This document shows, one piece after another, positions 46,454 through 56,489 of a DNA stretch of 64,000 nt (position 1 is the first letter of the stretch; each line of letters opens with the position of its first letter). The stretch lies in NCBI GenBank assembly GCA_028681135.1, contig JAQUJC010000004.1, positions 8,107-72,106 on the forward strand, written 5' to 3'. This DNA is from Kiritimatiellia bacterium (GTDB lineage: Bacteria > Verrucomicrobiota > Kiritimatiellia > CAIQIC01 > Lenti-01). A program made the translations under genes and the position numbers. Below the pieces are notes generated by a model. The model was not told the origin of the DNA. It ran no database searches and worked only from the letters and a program-made list of their open reading frames with translations.

Positions 46454-47185
46454 GTGAAAATACCCTCTCTGCCTGCCCCGGATTCCAAATGGATTCCGTT
46501 GGTGCTTCCACCCCAGCCCACCGACACCTCGTGCGGACCCACCTGTCTCCACGGACTCTATCACTTCTATGGCCATGATCTACCCCTCGCCCAGATCATT
46601 AAAGAAATTGAATCGGTTCCCGGAGGCGGCACCTTCGGCGTACTGCTGGGCAACCATGCCCTCTCGCGTGGATTCGCCGTGCGCCTACTGACGTGGAACC
46701 TGCGGGTCTTCGACCCCACCTGGTTCCCCGGCACACCCGCTGACCTCGCCGCCAAACTTAAGGCCAGCTTGCCACTGCGCAAAACGCCCAAACTCCGCCA
46801 AGCCATTCGGGCCTATATCCGCTTCTGCGAATGGGGCGGCGAGATTTCCATGGAAGTCCTTAACGCGGCCCTACTCCGTCGGTATCTGCGCCAGAACCAC
46901 CCCATTCTCACCGGACTCAGCTCCACATTCCTCTATCGGGACTCGCGGTCCAACCCCGCCACCCATGCCGACGACGACCTCGGCGGCGAGGCCGAGGGCC
47001 ACTTCGTCCTGCTCACTGGCTATGATCGCCAAGCCCGCATTGTACACATTGCCGACCCGTATGCGGAAAATCCCATTACTAATCAGTCCCGCTACGCGGT
47101 GCCGCTGGACCGCCTGATCAACGCGGTTTTGCTGGGCATACTCACCTACGACGCCAACCTACTCATTATTATTCCAAAATCATGA
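46454..47185 (+). CDS. Papain-like cysteine peptidase of the C39-like type (243 aa), the first gene of a three-gene ligase operon.
   Basis: The PQPTDTSCGPTCLHGLY region fits the C39 Q-x5-D-x-CG-x-x-CL catalytic-Cys motif. The GHFVLLTGYD region fits the catalytic His motif. The stop overlaps the start of the ATP-grasp gene by 4 nt. Confidence 0.55.
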   Translation: MKIPSLPAPDSKWIPLVLPPQPTDTSCGPTCLHGLYHFYGHDLPLAQIIKEIESVPGGGTFGVLLGNHALSRGFAVRLLTWNLRVFDPTWFPGTPADLAAKLKASLPLRKTPKLRQAIRAYIRFCEWGGEISMEVLNAALLRRYLRQNHPILTGLSSTFLYRDSRSNPATHADDDLGGEAEGHFVLLTGYDRQARIVHIADPYAENPITNQSRYAVPLDRLINAVLLGILTYDANLLIIIPKS

Positions 47186-48645
47186 ACCATATTCTCCTGG
47201 TCACTGACAACCCAGACCGCTGGAGTTTCGACATTCCGTCCGTAACCGTCGTCACCGCCCGGCAATATCTTACCGACCCACAAATCCAGCGCCTGCGTAA
47301 CTGCCGCGTTTTCAATCTATGCCGTCACTACCGCTACCAGTCCGCCGGCTATTATGTCTCGCTCCTGGCCGAAGCCCGGCGCCACCGCCCCCTCCCCAAG
47401 ATCACCACCCTCCAAGACCTCAAAACCTCGTCTATTTTCCGCGACATCCCCCCCGATCTCGACGAGATCGTTCAGAAATCCCTCGCCCCCCTACAGTCCG
47501 ACACCTTCACCCTCTCAATCTACTTCGCTCAGAATACCGCCAAGCGCTACGAACGCCTCGCCCGCCAACTCTTCAATTTATACCCCGCCCCCCTGCTGCG
47601 CGCCGAATTTAAGCGCGACACCGAAATGCGCTGGAGCCTAACCAACATCAGCCCCATCTCCGGTGCCGCTGTCCCCGCAGAACATCAGGAGATGGTTGAA
47701 CACTTTGCTCGCGACTACTTTTCGCGGAGCAACCGTCGTATCCGCCGCCGGGTCCCCGCGCGCTTCTCCATGGCCATCCTCGCCGATCCCGGCGATCCCG
47801 ATCTGCCCTCCGACCCCAAGGCACTCCAGCGCTTCATCCGCGCCGCCGAGAATCAATCCATCGAAGCCGAACTCATCACCCGCGATGACTACGGCACCCT
47901 TGCTGAATATGACGCGCTTTTCATCCGCAGCACCACCATCGTCAATAATTATACCTTCCGCTTCTCCCGCCGCGCTCAGTCCGAAGGCATCGTGGTGATT
48001 GATGACCCCGACTCCATCATCCGCTGCGCCAACAAGGTTTTCCTTGCCGAAGCGTTTGAACGCAACCACATCCCCGCCCCTAAGACGGTCATCGTCCACA
48101 AGGACAACAAAAATCTCGTCCTGATGCAGCTTGGGCTACCCTGCATCCTCAAGCAACCCGACTCCTCCTTCTCTAAAGGCGTTGTCAAGGTCAAGACACA
48201 GGAAGAATACACGACCGCCATCGATGCTCTCCTCGAAAAATCCGACCTCATCATCGCCCAGGAATATGTTCCCACCGAGTTCGACTGGCGCATTGGTGTG
48301 ATCGACCGTACCCCCCTATACGCCTGTCGCTACTACATGGCCCACGGCCACTGGCAAATCTATGACCACACCAAGAAGGGCAATGCCCGCTTCGGCCGTT
48401 GCGACACCCTGGCCCTTGCGGATGTCCCCGACGAGATCATACAGACGGCGCTCAAGGCCGCCAATACTATCGGCGATGGCCTCTACGGCGTCGACGTCAA
48501 GATGATCAGCGAACGGCCTGTCGTCATCGAGGTCAACGACAACCCCAGCATTGAATCCGGCATCGAAGACCATGTCCTTAAGGATGGCCTCTACGATACC
48601 ATCATGGCCTCCTTCCGTCGCCGCCTCGAAACCATCGGGAAATAG
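47182..48645 (+). CDS. RimK-type ATP-grasp ligase (alpha-L-glutamate ligase-like) with a ~200-aa N-terminal domain of unknown function.
   Basis: The C-terminal ATP-grasp region is LAEAFERNHIPAPKT...ILKQPDSSFSKGVVKV...IAQEYVP...DWRIGVID...GVDVKMISERPVVIEVNDNPSIESG, which is RimK-like. Confidence 0.75.
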   Translation: MNHILLVTDNPDRWSFDIPSVTVVTARQYLTDPQIQRLRNCRVFNLCRHYRYQSAGYYVSLLAEARRHRPLPKITTLQDLKTSSIFRDIPPDLDEIVQKSLAPLQSDTFTLSIYFAQNTAKRYERLARQLFNLYPAPLLRAEFKRDTEMRWSLTNISPISGAAVPAEHQEMVEHFARDYFSRSNRRIRRRVPARFSMAILADPGDPDLPSDPKALQRFIRAAENQSIEAELITRDDYGTLAEYDALFIRSTTIVNNYTFRFSRRAQSEGIVVIDDPDSIIRCANKVFLAEAFERNHIPAPKTVIVHKDNKNLVLMQLGLPCILKQPDSSFSKGVVKVKTQEEYTTAIDALLEKSDLIIAQEYVPTEFDWRIGVIDRTPLYACRYYMAHGHWQIYDHTKKGNARFGRCDTLALADVPDEIIQTALKAANTIGDGLYGVDVKMISERPVVIEVNDNPSIESGIEDHVLKDGLYDTIMASFRRRLETIGK

Positions 48646-48649
48646 CCCT

Positions 48650-49894
48650 GTGCCCCGCGCCCCCTTCCACCTCTTCGAGCGCTTCGGTGTCGAACTCGAA
48701 TACATGATTGTCGACAGCGATACCCTCGATGTCCGCCCCATTACCGACCGCCTCATCCATTCCGTCGGCTCCGCCCGCAAAAACGAGGTCCGTCACGGCG
48801 CTGTGCGCTGGTCCAACGAACTGGTGCTGCATGTCATCGAGATGAAGACCGACGGACCGGCCCCCGCCCTCACGGGATTGGCCGAGCTCTTCCAGGCAGA
48901 CATTCGCGCTCTAAACGAGATGCTCCGCGACCACAACGCCCGCCTGCTGCCCGCTGCCATGCACCCCTGGATGAACCCCCATCGTGAAACGTGCCTGTGG
49001 CCCCACGGCGACAAGACCATCTACGAGACGTTTGATCGCATCTTCGACTGCCGCGGCCACGGCTGGTCCAACCTTCAGTCCACCCACCTCAATCTCCCCT
49101 TCTGCGGCGACGACGAATTTAACCGCCTGCACACTGCCATTCGCCTGCTGCTCCCCCTCCTGCCCGCACTCGCCGCCAGCTCACCGTTTGCCGAAGGCCG
49201 ACGCACCCCATTCCTCGATATGCGCCTCGAAGCCTATCGCCACAATTGCGACCGCATCCCCGTGCTCACCGGCCACGTGGTCCCCGAATGGATCGCCAGC
49301 GAACAACGCTACCACGCCGGCATCTTCGAGCGCATCGCCCGCGCTCTCGCCCCCCTCGACCCCAACGGCATCCTCGAACCCGAATGGGCCAACGCCCGTG
49401 GTGCCATCGCCCGCTTTTCACGCGCTACCATCGAAATCCGTGTTCTTGATATCCAGGAATGCCCCGCTGCCGACCTCGCTATTCTCCAGTTCATCGTGGC
49501 CATCATCCAACACCTCGTCGATGAATCTATCGCCCCGCGCACGCTCCAGAAAAATCAGCGCGTAGCCGCTCTCGCCACCCTCTTCCTCGATGCAGTGAAA
49601 AATGCTGAGCAGTCGGTCATTCGCGATCGCCGCTATCTCGCCGCTCTTGGATTGGACACGTTACGCCGCGCCACCGCCCGCGACGTCCTGCACGCTCTAC
49701 TTGACCGCGTCGCCCCCCCCGATGCCCCCTGGCGCCCCACCATCGATTTCATCCTGCGCCAGGGCACCCTCGCCCGCCGCATCATCCAACACGCTGGCCA
49801 CCGCCCCTCCCGCCAACAATTGCGCGAGACCTATCAGCAGCTAGCCGACTGCCTCCACAACGGCCAGCTATTCCTCGGCCCCCCCGCCCCCTGA
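48650..49894 (+). CDS. GCS2-family carboxylate-amine ligase (YbdK-like glutamate-cysteine ligase family 2).
   Basis: The GCS2 motif FGVELEYMIVD is near the N-terminus. A GTG start at 48650 lies 4 nt after the ATP-grasp stop. The ORF-track ATG at 48551 would overlap the upstream gene by 95 nt. Confidence 0.7.
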   Translation: MPRAPFHLFERFGVELEYMIVDSDTLDVRPITDRLIHSVGSARKNEVRHGAVRWSNELVLHVIEMKTDGPAPALTGLAELFQADIRALNEMLRDHNARLLPAAMHPWMNPHRETCLWPHGDKTIYETFDRIFDCRGHGWSNLQSTHLNLPFCGDDEFNRLHTAIRLLLPLLPALAASSPFAEGRRTPFLDMRLEAYRHNCDRIPVLTGHVVPEWIASEQRYHAGIFERIARALAPLDPNGILEPEWANARGAIARFSRATIEIRVLDIQECPAADLAILQFIVAIIQHLVDESIAPRTLQKNQRVAALATLFLDAVKNAEQSVIRDRRYLAALGLDTLRRATARDVLHALLDRVAPPDAPWRPTIDFILRQGTLARRIIQHAGHRPSRQQLRETYQQLADCLHNGQLFLGPPAP

Positions 49895-49944
49895 CCAGAA
49901 CCGGATACGTCCGGATTCCCCCAGCCAAAATCGTTCACCACCCG

Positions 49945-50030
49945 CCCCGCTCAAGACTATAGTTATTGCAGTGTGTGTACTATAGATATTGCACTACATA
50001 TAGTATAGTTGTTGCAACAACTATAGTCTT
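49945..50030. promoter_or_regulatory. AT-rich nested inverted repeat (aagactatagttattgca ... tgcaacaactatagtctt) with five ACTATAG-like cores.
   Basis: The outer arms are complementary at 18 of 20 positions. The internal TACTATAGATAT / ATATAGTATAG arms are partly complementary. It is a roughly 30% GC island in a ~63% GC genome. Confidence 0.5.
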
Positions 50031-50085
50031 AGTTTTGAAAGACGCATCTGTGATTCAGTACAAGATTATTTGCCAGGCTCAAAGC

Positions 50086-50160
50086 TCGGCTCACCGAGGA
50101 CGGTTCGCCCTGCCGGGGGCGGGAATGCGCGTCATGGGTAGGGCGAATCGTCCCGATGAG
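50086..50160. repeat. Family-C long imperfect hairpin element (cggctcacc..ggttcgccct.cc ... gggtagggcgaa..gtccc.atgagccg).
   Basis: The arms are complementary with compensatory-like changes. Related copies sit at 39181-39235 and tandem, and at 63484-63575. Confidence 0.55.
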
Positions 50161-50207
50161 CCGCCCCTGAGGCCATGTTTTCATGATTTTCGCGATTTTC
50201 GCAGTTC

Positions 50208-50310
50208 GACTGCCTATCCACCGGGCTTGTCCCGGTGTGCTTAAGGCTGCGTGCAACCATTCAAGCGACGAAGCCAACTCAACCATCCCCGAGACAAGCC
50301 CGGGGGGATT
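50208..50310. repeat. Family-B structured element, copy 2.
   Basis: See 12655..12760. Confidence 0.6.
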
Positions 50311-50379
50311 CCTTTCCTGAGTTCCAGATTCATTTTCCTTCTATCTCCAGTCCCTGGCTGCTTGCGCGCCGTAGCCTTG

Positions 50380-50545
50380 GCGAAGGTGGGTCAATTGAAA
50401 CCTTCTCCCGTTCCCCCTTCTCCCCCTTTGCAGCTTGGCGTCTTTGCGTGAGATGCCTTCCCTCTTCTCTGAACATCTGTGTTCTCTGTGGTAAAATTCA
50501 GCTTCCCGGCTATTCTTTCCTGAGTTCATGAGTTCAGATTCATTT
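50380..50545. repeat. Dispersed intergenic element, family A, copy 3. A short variant sits at 50313..50337.
   Basis: It reads gcagcttggcgtctttgcgtgagatgcc...ttcctgagttcatgagttcagattcatttg. Confidence 0.6.
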
Positions 50546-50704
50546 GAAATTGGAAATTGATATTGGATATTGTACCTGTCTCTGTGACTTCCGACCTCCG
50601 ACCTCGGCCCCCCCCCCAGTTCTTTTTCGCGTTCTTCGCGCCTTTCGTAGTTTCTCCGTCGAGTTCTGGCTTGTCCCGATTTTCGACTGTTTCCACCGGG
50701 CGGT

Positions 50705-51718
50705 TTGCCGCATACTGCTTCTCCAGTGAATGTTCCGCCCACCATTTTGACCAACATGGCATTTCGGCAAAGCCGCCTCTGGCGCGAGGCCACCACCACC
50801 ATCTGCCGCACGCACGAATCGCCCGACGCCCTATGCCCGCTGCGCCAGGCATTGCGCCTGTTGCGCCGCCGGGCAGATTACGATGTCATCGTCACCATGG
50901 GCGCCCGCGCCTCCCTAGCCTATGGCCTGCTCTGCGCGCTACTACGCAAGCCCTCCAAGCAGATCATGACGGAAGTCTTTCTCGACCCGCCGCGCCCCGC
51001 CTGCCCCCTGTGGCGGTTGAAAACCGCCTGCTTCCGCTGGAGCGCCCGCCGCGCGTACGGCATCCTGACCAACAGCTCCGGCGAAGTCGATCTCATTGCC
51101 CGCCGCTTTGATCTCCCAGAAGACAAGCTGCGCTTTGTGCCCATGTACACGACCGTTGAGAATCCGGGGTTGCGAGAAGAAAACGACGGCTCGGTCGTCT
51201 CCATCGGCCGCACCCTGCGGGACTTGTCCACGCTCCTTGCTGCGGCCCCCGCAATTGCCGCCCCCATCACGATTGTGGCGGCCCGGCACGATCACATCCC
51301 AACCCCACTACCCGCCAACGTTGAGATACTCCGTGAGATTCCGCTGGAGCAAACCTATGGCCTGCTGTCCCGCGCGGCGGTGGCCGTCGTCCCCCTGCTG
51401 CCGGCTGAACGCTCGACCGGGCAGGTGTTTTTTTTCGAGGCCATGGCCATGGGCAAGCCCGTGGTCGCCACCCGCTCCATTGGCACCAGCGACTATCTGC
51501 GCGATAACGAAAATGCCCTGCTCGTCGACCCCACCCATCCCCAGGCTCTGGCGGCCGCCGTCAACCGGCTCCTTGCCGACCCCGCGCTGGCCGCCCGCCT
51601 CGCCGCCCGCGCCCTAGAGGAGTGCCAAAGCGACTGGACCCCCAACGCCCACGCCCGCCACAAACTCCAGGCCATCGCGGAACTGTGGGAACGGTCTACG
51701 TTGATCCCGATTTCTTGA
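50705..51718 (+). CDS. Glycosyltransferase, GT4-like (glycosyl transferase group 1 C-terminal domain).
   Basis: The C-terminal region VFFFEAMAMGKPVVATRSIGTSDYLRDNENALLVDP is typical of GT-B group 1 enzymes. The N-terminal boundary is uncertain. The 3' end overlaps a convergent GT2 gene by 23 nt. Confidence 0.6.
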   Translation: MPHTASPVNVPPTILTNMAFRQSRLWREATTTICRTHESPDALCPLRQALRLLRRRADYDVIVTMGARASLAYGLLCALLRKPSKQIMTEVFLDPPRPACPLWRLKTACFRWSARRAYGILTNSSGEVDLIARRFDLPEDKLRFVPMYTTVENPGLREENDGSVVSIGRTLRDLSTLLAAAPAIAAPITIVAARHDHIPTPLPANVEILREIPLEQTYGLLSRAAVAVVPLLPAERSTGQVFFFEAMAMGKPVVATRSIGTSDYLRDNENALLVDPTHPQALAAAVNRLLADPALAARLAARALEECQSDWTPNAHARHKLQAIAELWERSTLIPIS

Positions 51719-52433
51719 AAAACCGATAGTAAATCAGGTTGCCCAGGAATTCGAAAATGGCGGAAATCGGCACAAAGGTTCCCCGTCTTTCATTTCGGTA
51801 GAACACGGTGGACACCTCCCCCACCGACAGATCATGCCGCAACGCTTCAATCATGATTTCGGCATCTGTAAACCAATCGTTGGAAACGAGATGTATCTTG
51901 TCGTAGGCTTCCCGGGTCATGACCTTGGGCTTGGAATTGATGTCCCGGAACACGTGAGCCGCCGGATAGAGCAGACGAAACAGAAAATTATAGAACCCGG
52001 AAATGGTCCGGCGGTAGACGCCATCCTGCCGTTGCGCCCGAAAGGTCTTGACCAGGTCGTACCGGCCCACCTGCAAGACGCGGTAGACCTTGATCACATC
52101 ACTCATGGGCATTTGGCCGTCCCCATCGATCACGGCAATGTGCCGTCCTTTCGCCGCCTCCAGCCCCAGGCGCATGTCCCAGCCCATCATGCCTTGTTTT
52201 TCACGGGCCACTACCGTAAACCGAGGCTTGCTCTCGGCCAGTTCCTTCAATACCTCGGGCGTGCGATCCTTGGTGTCCCCGGGCAGATAGTTGCCCACCA
52301 AAACCAGTTCATAGTCGATACGGGCCTCTTCCATCTCCCGCTCCACCTGGGCCACTAGGTCGCGTACCACATCGGCCGAATGATAGCACAGAATCACCAC
52401 GGACAGTTCAGGAATGGACTGATTTTTGCTCAT
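51696..52433 (-). CDS. Family 2 glycosyltransferase of the polyprenol-phosphate glycosyltransferase type (DPM1/ArnC-like).
   Basis: The product begins LSVVILCYHSADVVRDLV and contains IAVIDGDGQ (a DxD-like motif). At 245 aa it is soluble-GT2 sized. It lies next to an ArnT-like GT-C gene, which matches the usual pairing. Confidence 0.7.
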   Translation of the reverse strand: MSKNQSIPELSVVILCYHSADVVRDLVAQVEREMEEARIDYELVLVGNYLPGDTKDRTPEVLKELAESKPRFTVVAREKQGMMGWDMRLGLEAAKGRHIAVIDGDGQMPMSDVIKVYRVLQVGRYDLVKTFRAQRQDGVYRRTISGFYNFLFRLLYPAAHVFRDINSKPKVMTREAYDKIHLVSNDWFTDAEIMIEALRHDLSVGEVSTVFYRNERRGTFVPISAIFEFLGNLIYYRFFKKSGST

Positions 52434-52441
52434 ATCTTCTC

Positions 52442-53173
52442 CTAGCGGCGCAATGGGCGGGTCACGCGCTCAAACCACCAATCCGGCATCCAGGCACCGA
52501 AACGCGCAACTGCTCCAACCGTCCAGGGATAATAGTATCGGAATCGATGCGAGGGAAGCACCGTCTTGGCCAGGAAGCGCGCGACCTCCTGCGGGGTTGC
52601 CACACCCCGCGGGGCCGCCCCGCCCCCGGCAAAACGGGGATTGATGGACGTATGAACCGGTCCGAGACATACCTCTTTGAAGGCGACCGGGTCATGGCTG
52701 TAGCGCAAACGAAGTGCTCGCATCGCCATGGACAGCGCCGCCTTGCTGGCGGCATACGCTGGGCAATCCGGATCGGGCCACTGCGCAAACAAACTCGACA
52801 TGGCAATGAACTGTACCGGCCTCCGCGGCGCCCCATCCATCCAGTGGGAGACCCAATAGAGCGCCCCCTCCACATTGGTGCGCCAAACCGCTTGCATGGG
52901 GTGCCATTCCAAAGACGCATGCGATTCTTCATATTCAATGGCGGCATTCAGAAATACGGCGTCCGGGACAAAGCCAGCCGCATCCATCTGCTCGGCGGCG
53001 TCATCCCGGGATTCACCCTCGGCCACGTCGCACACCACATGGCGGAATTGACCTTCTTGTGCCCCGACGGGAACGGTCCGGGAAAGCCCCCACACCGTAT
53101 GGCCGCGCCGAACCAATTCCGTCGCCAAAGCACCACCAATGCCCCGGGATACGCCTGTCACCATACATTTCAT
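52442..53173 (-). CDS. SDR-family oxidoreductase.
   Basis: The product begins MVTGVSRGIGGALATEL and is 243 aa long. It overlaps the upstream gene by 4 nt. Confidence 0.7.
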   Translation of the reverse strand: MKCMVTGVSRGIGGALATELVRRGHTVWGLSRTVPVGAQEGQFRHVVCDVAEGESRDDAAEQMDAAGFVPDAVFLNAAIEYEESHASLEWHPMQAVWRTNVEGALYWVSHWMDGAPRRPVQFIAMSSLFAQWPDPDCPAYAASKAALSMAMRALRLRYSHDPVAFKEVCLGPVHTSINPRFAGGGAAPRGVATPQEVARFLAKTVLPSHRFRYYYPWTVGAVARFGAWMPDWWFERVTRPLRR

Positions 53174-55227
53174 TCTTCGTGCATCCGGATATCCGCCCGA
53201 ACATAGCCCATCGTGAGCCGTAGCGGTTGCGCCAACGGCTTAGAAGAGCGTAAAATAAAGCGAAGACGATCAATCTCCAGCGGCCCTTCAACCTTTACAT
53301 ACTGTGGTTCAGTAATCTCCCGGAGGGGGACCGAAAACATATCCGTCGCTCCACTCCGCACCTCCAGAACCACATCCCCGACCTCCGGAGATATATCCAA
53401 CAGATAAAAAGAGAGGTCAGCAGCAACCACCGGGTCTGCCGCAACAATCCAGTCCGCCTTCGTCTCGCTGCGCTTGGCGTCCATCTCCAACACAACTTCG
53501 AACGGCTGATACGCCCCGGGCCGGACCTGGACCCCTTGTGACAGCTCCCACCCGGGCTGAACATTGCGGTAGAACAGATGCGCGGGCAGATAATGAACAA
53601 CTGCCGTCAAGAAAAGGAGGATTACAGCAACGGCCCCCGACACAAGCATGGCACGAACGAATATTGCTTTCCATGAAAGCGGTTGATCCCCGGCATTCAG
53701 CCGCGAATCCGGACGGGTGACAAACGCCATGGCTCCCGCCAGCGCCAGGAAGGGTTGGCAGAAAATGGAGTAGCGCGGGGAGGTTTCACCGAAAAACACA
53801 TACGCCCCCCACGTCACCAGCGGGGCCAGAACCACCGGCAGCCATCGCCCCTGGCGGCCAGGATTACGGGCCAGAACCAGACAGCCCCAAAACGCCATGC
53901 CCAGGAAAAGCGGAGAGGCGGCCCACCGCATGCCCCGCACAACGGGCAGCCACCGTGACCGTGTAGCAGCCAAACTCTCTTCTAAGTTGGAGGCATAGCC
54001 CACGAGAAACAGCTTGGCGGTCTTCACCAGCGGGAAGCGGGCACAAACCACTTCGGGATTGTGACGGATCTGGGAGCCAACCAGCCGGAACATAGCGGTG
54101 GATTTATCCGGCCAGGGCGTGACCCGGTCCAATTGTTCATATCTTCCGCAATATTCTCCGGCGCTTTCCGGACACCATCCCCGCGCCATAAACGCCGGCA
54201 GCACTGAGTTCAATCGGTGGTCATCATGCCGAGCCAACCAGCTGTCGTAGCTCCGGGCCAACGGAACGGAACCAACCAGAGGAATCAGGATGGCAAACAG
54301 TCCCACCTTTGCCCAGCGCCGCCAACCGGCACCGGCTAACCCGGTCCACCCCCACACGAATACCCAGACCGCCAAGGCAATCCAATGCGTCCCGCGCTGC
54401 CACATCATCAGCAGCAGGCACGCCACCGCGCCCAGCGACAGGCCGAAGCTCCGTCCGAGAGCCGGGGACGAGTAGACCAATTCCCACACGCACCACAAGC
54501 CGGCCAGGAAATAAAAAGAAGAAAAAAGGTGGTGGGTATAATCGGTGACCACCATCGTTTGAAACGGCAGCACCACCAGCAGAAAGACCGCCCATTTGCG
54601 TTTTCCGGCCGGAAGCAACCGTCGGGACCATCCATAGGTGACCCCCAGAATAGCGGAGGAAAGCCCCACATTGAACAGACGAACCCACAACAGATCATGA
54701 GAACCGGCCAGCAGGCGAACCGCGTAATGAAACGGCAGCACGCGACCCGCCCAGACCGGATAGTCGTAAATCCGGCTCAGGCCCCGCATGGCGTCAGGAG
54801 CCAGGCGGGTGTCCGCCATGGTGCGGACAAACATGTGAAACAACTCCTGGTCGGCCAGAATCGGCAACTGTGCCGCCCAGGCAACGACTCCCAGCTTGAT
54901 GATGGCGCTGAAAGCAATGAGTACCCCCACCACGTTGTGCTCAGGGAATCCTCTAGATCGGTGAACCAGAGTTGCCAACCCACCGACACCCAGTGCATAT
55001 CCCACGGCTCCGAAGACCCAAACCGCCCCCTCCCCCGCAAGCCACTTGACAAACGGCACGCCCAGGGCGGTCACAAAAGAGATGAACAAAACAATCGCCA
55101 GAGCAACCGGCGGAATGGAGGCAACAAAGGCAACGAAACGGGAAATCACTTCCCAAACACCGCCGTGGGATCCGATCCATGCCGCGTTATGGAGGTTTTG
55201 ATCACCATTCGCGCTCATCCCCGGCAT
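53170..55227 (-). CDS. GT-C fold membrane glycosyltransferase (ArnT/PMT-like, GT83/GT39-like) with a C-terminal periplasmic domain.
   Basis: The product has ~12 TM helices in its N-terminal two thirds and a soluble C-terminal domain of ~200 aa. It sits in an operon with a DPM1-like GT2. The start is placed at the MPGMSANG ATG. The track ORF extends to 55407. Confidence 0.5.
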   Translation of the reverse strand: MPGMSANGDQNLHNAAWIGSHGGVWEVISRFVAFVASIPPVALAIVLFISFVTALGVPFVKWLAGEGAVWVFGAVGYALGVGGLATLVHRSRGFPEHNVVGVLIAFSAIIKLGVVAWAAQLPILADQELFHMFVRTMADTRLAPDAMRGLSRIYDYPVWAGRVLPFHYAVRLLAGSHDLLWVRLFNVGLSSAILGVTYGWSRRLLPAGKRKWAVFLLVVLPFQTMVVTDYTHHLFSSFYFLAGLWCVWELVYSSPALGRSFGLSLGAVACLLLMMWQRGTHWIALAVWVFVWGWTGLAGAGWRRWAKVGLFAILIPLVGSVPLARSYDSWLARHDDHRLNSVLPAFMARGWCPESAGEYCGRYEQLDRVTPWPDKSTAMFRLVGSQIRHNPEVVCARFPLVKTAKLFLVGYASNLEESLAATRSRWLPVVRGMRWAASPLFLGMAFWGCLVLARNPGRQGRWLPVVLAPLVTWGAYVFFGETSPRYSIFCQPFLALAGAMAFVTRPDSRLNAGDQPLSWKAIFVRAMLVSGAVAVILLFLTAVVHYLPAHLFYRNVQPGWELSQGVQVRPGAYQPFEVVLEMDAKRSETKADWIVAADPVVAADLSFYLLDISPEVGDVVLEVRSGATDMFSVPLREITEPQYVKVEGPLEIDRLRFILRSSKPLAQPLRLTMGYVRADIRMHEE

Positions 55228-55573
55228 CGTTACGGAAGCCAGAGTGAAGGGCAAGCCCAAACAGCCGAAACGTAACGGCCCGAACAGTAATCTGAGTCGC
55301 TTGCTACAACAGTCACCCCTACTGGATCGAACAGGTGATCCCCGCACACGACGACTGATCTCGCGCCGGTAAAGGGGCAAATGAGGGCCGCCCGTGAATT
55401 GTAGCAATCGGGCTATGGCTCATGCCTGAATTCTTCATCAATTGGATTCGCAATTCCCGCAATTCCGCAATTCCACAGTTGCCCCACCCCACGTCATGCG
55501 CTAAGGTGTGAGGTTTTCTGATCATTCGACCATAGACGGGCGCGTTTGCCAGCGCTTACAGGAGACCATTGTC

Positions 55574-56446
55574 ATGAGTTTAATCAAACTGGGTCTGCCC
55601 AAGGGCAGTCTGCAAGACAGCACGTTTGCGCTGATGCGCAAGGCCGGCTGGACGTTCCGCGTCGGCTCGCGCTCGTATGTGCCCTCGGTCAACGATCCCG
55701 ATATCGCGGCGCGCCTCATCCGCCCGCAGGAAATCGCCCGCTACGTCGAACTCGGCCTGCTGGATGCTGGCCTCACCGGCTACGACTGGATCTATGAAAA
55801 CGGCGCCGATGTCGTCGAAATCGCCGAACTGTGCTATTCCAAGGCCACCAGCAACCCCGTGCGCTGGGTCGTCGCCGTCCCCAACGACTCGCCCATTCAG
55901 TCGGTCAAGGACCTCCAAGACAAACGCATCGCCACGGAAGCCGTCGGCCTGACCACGCGCTATCTGGCCGATCACGGCGTCACCGCCAACATCGAATTTT
56001 CCTGGGGCGCCACCGAGGTCAAGGCACCCGAACTGGTCGATGCCATCGTCGAATTGACCGAAACCGGTTCCTCCCTGCGCGCCAACCAATTGCGCATCAT
56101 CGACACCGTCTTGACCTCCACCACCCGCCTCATCGCCAACAAAGAGGCCTGGGCGGATACGGCCAAGCGAACCAAAATTGAGCAACTGGCGCTTTTGCTT
56201 CAGGGCGCACTCAATGCCGGCAACAAGGTGGTCCTCAAATTGAATGCCCGCAAGGGCGACATGGCGGCCATCAGCGAGGTTCTGCCCGCCCTGCACGCGC
56301 CCACCATCAATACCTTGAGCGATCCCAGTTGGGTCGCCATCGAGGCCGTGGTTGAGGAAACGATCGTCCGCGAAATCATCCCTGCGCTCAAGGCTGCCGG
56401 CGCGTCGGGTATTATTGAACTTGCATTGAATAAGGTGGTGCCGTAA
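55574..56446 (+). CDS. hisG: ATP phosphoribosyltransferase, long form.
   Basis: The sequence reads [25 protein letters not shown]...[28 protein letters not shown]..., which is the HisG catalytic domain, and includes a C-terminal regulatory domain. The ATG at 55574 is preferred over the track start at 55508. Confidence 0.85.
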   Translation: MSLIKLGLPKGSLQDSTFALMRKAGWTFRVGSRSYVPSVNDPDIAARLIRPQEIARYVELGLLDAGLTGYDWIYENGADVVEIAELCYSKATSNPVRWVVAVPNDSPIQSVKDLQDKRIATEAVGLTTRYLADHGVTANIEFSWGATEVKAPELVDAIVELTETGSSLRANQLRIIDTVLTSTTRLIANKEAWADTAKRTKIEQLALLLQGALNAGNKVVLKLNARKGDMAAISEVLPALHAPTINTLSDPSWVAIEAVVEETIVREIIPALKAAGASGIIELALNKVVP

Positions 56447-56489
56447 AAGCATCCCGCATTCTACCAGTGTGATTCAGAAGGAGTGAAGA

